Origin: Macrostomum lignano
Taxonomy: Eukaryota
Assembly (NCBI GenBank): GCA_002269645.1
Contig: NIVC01000051.1
Coordinates: forward strand, 186,001-250,000
Direction: 5' to 3'
Length of the DNA stretch: 64,000 nucleotides
The notes beneath the pieces were generated by a model, which was not told where the DNA came from, did no database searches, and saw nothing but the letters and a program-made list of their open reading frames with translations. This document shows, piece by piece, positions 56,754 to 64,000 of the stretch (positions are counted from its first letter, which is position 1; each line of letters opens with the position of its first letter). Position numbers and translations under genes: made by a program.

Positions 56754-59700
56754 TTAGAAGAGGCCCACGGCCTTCTTGGCGTTGGTCTTCTTCCACTCTG
56801 GCAAGTTGGCAAAGTCCGGATAGGACATGCCGAAAACCTTGTGAAATTCCTCCTCGGTGAGGTGCAGCTGAAGTACGAGATCGATTATAATCGATAAGAA
56901 CTAATAATTGATTATTGAGTAATTAGTTGATACATATGCATCACGGGAAGTACCTCTTTCTCGTCCGGTCGGACACTGTCCGGGCATTTTTGTCGCAGAG
57001 TCTGATACGGAATTTTTTTGTACTCGCCGAAGCTGAGAGATACACCGCCACCTGAGCCGTTTAGCGACTCTGATGCGATATCGACTCTGTCTAATTGGCG
57101 GCTTGAATCCTGGAACTCCTGCTTCATCTGCTCGTACGATTTGGCGCCCTGGCGAGTGTTTTAAAAATAGAAATAGAAACTTTTGTTTCAATAGAGTTAT
57201 TCAACATTCCATAAAGACTATACTCATAATACTAGAGAATACTAGAGAAGGCTGATATTAAAGATATAAACATACGGATAAAAATGAATTAAAGTTCAAA
57301 ATAGTCTGAGCTACTGCTAAATACTCGTAATATCTTTAGATGGATTGGCAAATACGCATCAAAGTTCCAAAGCAGCCAACAAAATTCCAATGTACACTCA
57401 GCTTAGCTAGCAGACTAAGGACGACTTAAGTAGGACGGACTTAAGTAGTAGAATAAAATATTAACATAGAGTCCTAATTCTTTAAACAAAAAGCTTTATG
57501 AATATCGATAGAGCAATAAGAAAGGCACAACATATCAAAAGATGAACACTGGATCTGCCTCCTATCAAAAGCAATAACAATTTTTGCGCTGAAAAAATGA
57601 AAAAACTTCCTATCTCCGTGTAGTGTCTTTTTTGGAAAACCTGCTTCAAAAATTTTCCAAGAAACGAGATTTCCCGTTCTTCTACTTAAGTCGTCCTTGT
57701 AGCAGACATGTACGTTGGGTTATAGGCAATAATAAGAAAATCGATAGGGGCAGGGAGGGGCAAAGGAACCAATAGAAGTCTAGGGGCGGTGGCGACAGAT
57801 AAGACTACTGAATAAACATTCAGTGTACAGTCAGCTAGCGTACGCATCTATGTTAGGTTTTAAGCAATAAAAATGTGGCAGAGAACCAATAGAAGTCTAG
57901 GGGCGGGGGAGACAGATAAGACTACTGAATAAACATTCAGTGTACAGTCAGCTAGCGTACACATCTATGTTAGGCTTTAAGCAATAAAAATGTGGCAGAG
58001 AACCAATAGAAGTCTAGAGGCGGAGGGACGGAGATGAAACCACTCCACTGAATTGAAAGTACAATTTCTAACCCTTACGCCCGATATTCACTCACCGACC
58101 ACATCTGGTAGTCCCAGGAAGGAAAAAAGCCAATAAACACCGGCGGCTCGTGACCCTGTTTGACCCGATATATTGGCGCACTGTCCGGGTCGCGAGACTG
58201 CGTCGGATCGGATTTTAAATAGTCCACCGCCGCCTGCAGAGCCGCCTGACGCTCGGCCTCGTTCGAGTCAACGCCAATCCAGATGTACACCTCGTCTCCC
58301 GTGTCCAGAAGCATGACGTCTTCTTCGACCAGGTCGTCCTTGGATTGCATGGTCAGTTTAGGCGATAAAACGTTGACAATATTTAAACGATAAAGCTAAT
58401 AACCAAAACGCAGATCCTACATAACTGTCATTGTTCCGGGAGATACTGGAAGAAACTCAGGTCGGTTGACCCACTTAATAGGCCGTCACTACAGGATCCA
58501 GCACAGTATATTTTATCTTTTATCTGTCAGTTTTATTAAACCATCTTCCTTTTTTACTCGTATTTTTATGGGGAATTTTAATTTAGGAAAATAAACGCTT
58601 ACTAAACTACTGAAATGGACAGTAGATAGTTCAGCAATTGCGAATTTTTTGACATAACGATAAAAAACAGGATTTTATTACCTGCGTAAAGTTGCTGATC
58701 TCTTCGGCCGTGAAGTAGCCTTTGGCGTTGCTGCACTGGAACAGGCGCGGCTCGAACGCCATGTTGGCCTCTTGAAGGCGCTTGTCGCTCTGGTAGGGGC
58801 CCCTATAGAATTGGCAGCGTTGAGTGACAAATTGTAGCACTGTACGTACGAGCGTACATTTAATTTTCCAAGATATTGAGTACAGGAATCCTGTCCTGCA
58901 TCTACCGATATGTATAGAAAATCGACATTGAAACCACAGGAATCAGGAATAAAACCCATTTAGAATAATAATTGACATTCAGATAGACACTCCCCGCGGT
59001 TGATTGAGCACTGTGCTAAAAATATTGCACTCAAATTATTTATTCTTTTGTGCTCCCGAGAGAGCAAGAGAGAGAGACGGTAAGGAAACGCCCACAGTCC
59101 GTTCTGCATTACCCTATACTGTGACTCACTGTGGAGAGATTTAATATCTTACTCTGAGCTATATTATGCCCACTAAAATTGGACGCAAGTGAGACTATAC
59201 TAGTCAGAGAATGACAACCCTTAGACACGAATGAACACAACTTTCTTCTATTAACCCAGCTGCTAACCTAGTTGTTCACTGCTCAAACAGCAGGTTTGTT
59301 CTCAAACTCGAAACAAATTGGTTAGGGGGAGGGCTCAATTGCAAAGCTTTTGATTCAAATAATAGCTACAAATAAAATGTAAAAAGTACTTTAGGGACTT
59401 TTAATTTCTGAAATAATCAGTGAGTTTACTGATCCAAGCCAGCGTACTTATTCACTCAGTTAAACACAAAACTCGTGAGACTCAATCGAAACTCATTTTA
59501 TGGCTCCACGTTAATCTATCTGAATTTGAATCCAGCAAAATTTGAAACAGCTGCTTTAAAAATGTTATTCAGAATCTACCACTTTCAAAATCTACAGAAT
59601 CCACCACAATCAGAATCTACAGAATCTACCACAATCAGAATCTACAGAATCTACCACAATCAGAATCGACCACAATCAGAATCTACCACAATCGTAATCT

Positions 59701-62700
59701 ACAGAATCCACCACAATCAGAATCTACCATAACCAGAATCTACAGAATCGATCACAATCAGAATCTACCACAATCGGAATCTACAGAATCCACCACAATC
59801 AGAATCTACCAAAATCAAAATCTACAGAATCTACCACAATTAGAATCTACAGAATCTACAGAATCTACCACAATCAGAATCTACCAAAATCAGAATCTAC
59901 GACAATCAAAATCTACAGAATCTACTACAATCAGAATCTACTACAATCAGAATCTACCACAATCGGAATCTAGCACAATCAGAATCCACCACAATCAGAA
60001 TCTACCACAATCAAAATCTACAGAATCTACTACAATCAGCATCGACCACAATTAGAATCCACCACAATCAGAATCCACCACAATCAGAATCCACCACAAT
60101 CAGAATCCACCACAATCAGAATCCACCACAATCAGAATCCACCACAATCAGAATCCACCACAATCAGAATCCACCACAATCAGAATCCACCACAATCAGA
60201 ATCCACCACAATCAGAATCCACCACAATCAGAATCCACCACAATTAGAATCCACCACAATCAGAATCCACCACAATCAGAATCCACCACAATCAGAATCC
60301 ACCAAAATCAGAATCCACTCACTTTCCACCCAGCAGCTGCCAGAACACTTCAGTCTCCTGTCCTTCGCACAGCAGTACGTAGTCACGCCGAGAGATAGTC
60401 TTGGCGATGTCTTTCGCGACTTCTCTCTCGTCGCCCGTTGTGCCCTAAAATTAAGGGGGAATTGAATTGGATGTAGGATTATGTTAGGATCTGTTCCTTT
60501 CTAGACGATTTTTACTGGCAGTCAAATTGTCACTGACAGTCAAATTGTCACTGGCAGCCAAATTGTCACTGACAGTCAAATTGTCACTGACAGCCAAATT
60601 GTCACTGGCAGTCAAATTGTCACTGAGCGACAGTCAGATCAAAGCAGTCAAATGCTGGTACATGTATCCAGAAAACAGTGTAATACTTTATACAAGCACA
60701 GGTTACCTTTCCACACCAGATGAAAATAGCCTGCCTAGATACCAACACAAAGGTGTCGTTAGAATTCAACGAAGCCGACTCTGTTGGCACCTGTTCGGCT
60801 TTGGTATTGAGAGCATTGGTGCCGCGAATGCGCAACAGGTAAGTGTCGCCTACGGCCTGGTCTTTTTCGTCCTTGCTCCAGCCGGCCTTGCCACCCTGTT
60901 ATGGTGGCATGAGGACAATTTAGTTAGGAGAAGAGAGGAAAAGGAGGAAAATGAGAAGGGAGAGAAGGAAAGAGGAAGGGAGTGAGGAGAAAAGATATAG
61001 AGGAGGAAAGTCTAGTCTCAAAAAACTCTAGTCTAGTCAGTCACACAGAAAGCATGTGAGACAAGCGCTCTATACACAGTATAGACGAGCGTAAAATGTA
61101 ATGAGTATATTAAAAAAGGCAATCAAAATGAGGATTCAATATGGCAACAAAGAGCGATCGAAACTCACATCGAACACAATCATGCGCCCTTTAAACAGAG
61201 CCAGAAAGTGCTGCGGCTCTTTGCCTTGAACAACTCGAACTTGCACGGCGGCTCCGCCAAGCTGATCGTCCAGAGCGGTGGCGTGCAGGGCCGAGGCGCC
61301 TCGTTCGTCTTGAGACGACTTGCGACCCTGAGGGAAAGAGCGAGTTTCCACAGCCATGTACAGTGCTTGTTAATTCACAGTTACAGTGAGTTTCAAATTG
61401 CAACCATTCAATACTGGGAAATGTTGAAATTTTTTACATGAAAATGTAATGCTGTCCTGAGAATACGCACAGCTCACACAGGGTCTACAGCGGCTGTGTG
61501 ACTTTCTAATCGTCTGGCGTGTGCACTCTGTGTGCCCTGGGGAGCTGGCTCTCATGGATGTGTGAATCGCATGACAATCCCAAAGATGACTTGTGGCTGC
61601 GCCCTGAACCGAATCCCGAAGCTGCTCTCCTCTCCCTCCTCTTGCCTCATCTATTCTCTCCTCTCCCTCCTCTTGCCTCATCTATTCTCTCCTCTCCTTC
61701 CTCTCGCCTCATCTATTCTCTCCTCTCTCTCCTCTCGCCTCATCTATTCTCTCCTCTCCCTCCTCTCGCCTCATCTATTCTCTCCTCTCCCTCCTCTCGC
61801 CTCATCTATTCTCTCCTCTCCCTCCTCTTGCCTCATCTATTCTCTCCTCTCCTTCCTCTCGCCTCATCTATTCTCTCCTCTCCCTCCTCTCGCCTCTCAT
61901 CTATTCTCTCCTCTCCTCTCCCTCCTCTTGCCTCTCATCTATTCTCTCCTGTCCTCTCCCTCTTCTTGCCTCTCATCTCTTCTCTCCTCTCCTCTCTCTC
62001 CTCCTCCTCTTCTCTTTTCCTCTCCTCTCCTCTCCTCTCCCTCCTCTCATCTCTTATCTATCCTCTCCTCTCATCTCCCTTCTCTCACCTCTTATCTATC
62101 CTCTCCTCTCATCTCCCTCCTCTCACCTCTTATCTATCCTCTCCTCTCATCTCCCTCCTCTCACCTCTTATCTATCCTCTCCTTTCTCTCCTCCTCCTCT
62201 TCTCTTCTCTCCTCTCTCCTCTTATCCTCTCGTCTCCTTTATTCTCTTTTTCTCTCCTCTCCTTTCCTTCCCTCTTCTCTCTCTCTTCTCTTCTCTCCTT
62301 TATCTCCCTTAGGAGTTATCTCCCTTTTTCTCCTTTTCTCCATTTATCTCCTCTTTTTCTCTCCTCTTGTCTCGTCTCCTCTCCTCTCCTCTTGTCTCGT
62401 CTCGTCTCCTCTCCTCTCATCTTATTTTCTCTATCTACTGGCCTTTCAGTCCTGAATTTGAGGTCCCTACTTGAGAAAAAGCACAAAGTTAATTTCGTAT
62501 TACTGACCTGCCAAAAGTACAGAATGTACCGCTCGCCGCCAGCTTCCTTAACCGAATAGGTGTACTGAATCACGTAGGAATCGCCACCGTAAAACTGACC
62601 GTACAAAACTCGATCTTGCGGCACAAGTTCCATGTTTTCAATGCGCCAGATCTGTACAGAGTTTAGGAAGGTACGATTGTGTGGTACATTCTTTCAACAA

Positions 62701-63196
62701 TTCCAGTCAGAGTGTGTCGAGGCATGAGCATGTACATCATGCAAGCATTCGTTTGAGCATGTTGTAGACAAAACGCGCATTGTGCTTAACATGGGAGGCA
62801 ATGTAAAGTTTTTCACAAAAATTGACGTGTTTTGAGAGACACGAGTGTACAAAACACATACCTGAACTTTGCCGCTACCATCGTCTACCATGCGAGTTTC
62901 AGCGGCCAGCTTAGGCGATTGGTGCATTGTCGATGCGTCGAATTGCGTCTGCACTGTCTTGGCTACAGTCGGATCGAGTTTGTTGACGTTTAATTAAAAA
63001 AATTGTTTGAATCTAACGACATAATCCTGATTTGCGATCAACGCTCACCAATTCTGTTGCCTCCAGCCACTTTGCCGGAATACTGAGGCGCTGGCCAAGT
63101 TTGGAATAGCTGCTTAAACTGAGTAGTCTCGCAGCCTTCGTTAACTCGAGTCACCTGCACGCGGCTGGCGTGTTTTCCCAGCTTTTCTACGAAACT
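56754..63196 (-). CDS. VIL1: Villin/advillin-like gelsolin-family protein with headpiece, 3' portion only; exons 63196-63049, 62962-62862, 62651-62508, 61327-61169, 60895-60707, 60444-60323, 58802-58682, 58338-58096, 57148-56954, 56867-56754
   Basis: All introns are GT-AG and phase-consistent. Gelsolin repeats: [65 protein letters not shown]. Headpiece [27 protein letters not shown]. The 5' exons lie beyond the window. The symbol denotes the family, not proven orthology. Confidence 0.92.
57416..57699. mobile_element. MITE, 284 bp, P-element-like termini, in a villin intron
   Basis: TIR (C/T)AAGGACGACTTAAGTAG (57416-57433 / 57682-57699). 8-bp TSD TAGCAGAC (57408-57415, 57700-57707). Confidence 0.8.
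57767..58017. repeat. 117-bp tandem duplication (~2.1 copies), villin intron
   Basis: AACCAATAGAAGTCTAG starts recur at 57767, 57884 and 58001. Confidence 0.9.
59590..60317. repeat. 16-bp minisatellite (CACAATCAGAATCCAC), villin intron
   Basis: Visible; runs up to the donor at 60321-60322. Confidence 0.93.
60516..60628. repeat. 18-bp minisatellite (GTCAAATTGTCACTGACA), villin intron
   Basis: About 6 visible units. Confidence 0.9.
61622..62430. repeat. CT-rich low-complexity/tandem repeat, villin intron
   Basis: Visible CTCCTCTC/CATCTATT units. Confidence 0.9.
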
Positions 63197-63342
63197 CTGC
63201 AAATAGGTGTAAAATTAAAAAAATTGTTTGTTTATTTTTAATGAGTTCACATATAGCTACCACTGTTAAAGAAGAGACAGAAGTAGTACAGATGCATTAG
63301 AGCCGTATTTGTAATTTAAATAGAAAAAATATTTGATCAGAG

Positions 63343-64000
63343 TGGGATGGCTGTGTGAAGTCGGGTTAGCTGCGTGGTGGGGTGGCTCTGCGAAGCGGGG
63401 TTGGGTGGAGTGGGATGGCTGTGCGAAGCGGGGTTGGGTGGAGTGGGATGGCTGTGCGAAGCGGGGTTGGGTGGAGTGGGGTGTCTGTGTCAAGTGGGGT
63501 TAGCCGCGTGGAGTGGGGTGGCTGTGTGAAGTGGGGTTGGCCGCGTGGTGGGGTGGCTCTGCGAAGCGGGGTTGGGTGGAGTGGGATGGCTGTGCGAAGC
63601 GGGGTTGGGTGGAGTGGGGTGTCTGTGTCAAGTGGGGTTGGCCGCGTGGAGTGGGGTGGCTGTGTCAAGTGGGGTTGGTCACGTGGAGTGGGGTGGCTGT
63701 GTGAAGTGGGGTTGGCCGCGTGGAGTGGGGTGGCTGTGTCAAGTGGGGTTGGTCACGTGGAGTGGGGTGGCTGTGTGAAGTGGGGTTGGCCGCATGGAGT
63801 GGGGTGGCTGTGTCAAGTGGGGTTGGCCGCGTGGAGTGGGGTGGCTGTGTGAAGTCGGGTTGGCTGCGTGGTGGGGTGGCTCTGCGAAGCGGGGTTGGGT
63901 GGAGTGGGATGGCTGTGCGAAGCGGGGTTGGCCGCGTGGAGTGGGGTGGCTGTGTGACGGGTTGGCCGCGTGGAGTGGGGTGGCTGTGTCAAGTGGGGTT
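63343..64000. repeat. G-rich minisatellite (GTGGAGTGGGGTGGCTGTGT..), villin intron, truncated by the window end
   Basis: Visible tandem units. Confidence 0.92.

Overview
Eukaryotic (metazoan) genomic DNA with GT-AG introns and roughly 45% tandem repeat. The style (a different minisatellite in almost every intron, GC-rich exons) suggests a free-living flatworm such as Macrostomum; this is inference only. Genes reconstructed by hand from splice sites and reading phase: (1) a 2-exon, 151-aa secreted prepropeptide (485-1218, +) with a KR site, four Cys and a C-terminal amidation Gly, family not recognised; (2) a Tbx2/3-type T-box gene (12986-21808, -) ending in an eh1 motif; (3) a degenerate Sulfotransfer_4-type fragment (~33171-33900, +); (4) a SETD3-like actin-histidine methyltransferase (34943-38828, +); (5) an SRSF7/9G8-like SR protein with an unusual N-terminal RS domain (48316-53181, +), whose intron holds a perfect 1.3-kb (GATA)n, a (CTGT)n array and an AG|GTAAGT dual splice site; (6) the 3' half of a villin/advillin-like gene (56754 to beyond the window end, -). 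Mobile DNA: a very young full-length Ty3/Gypsy LTR element (3789-8148, -), a decayed LINE, and three MITEs with TIRs and 8-bp TSDs. Most long ORFs in the supplied track are repeat artefacts. The strongest leads are the uncharacterised amidated peptide precursor, the apparent autoregulatory architecture of the SR gene, and the intron-private, hairpin-containing minisatellites that abut splice sites.
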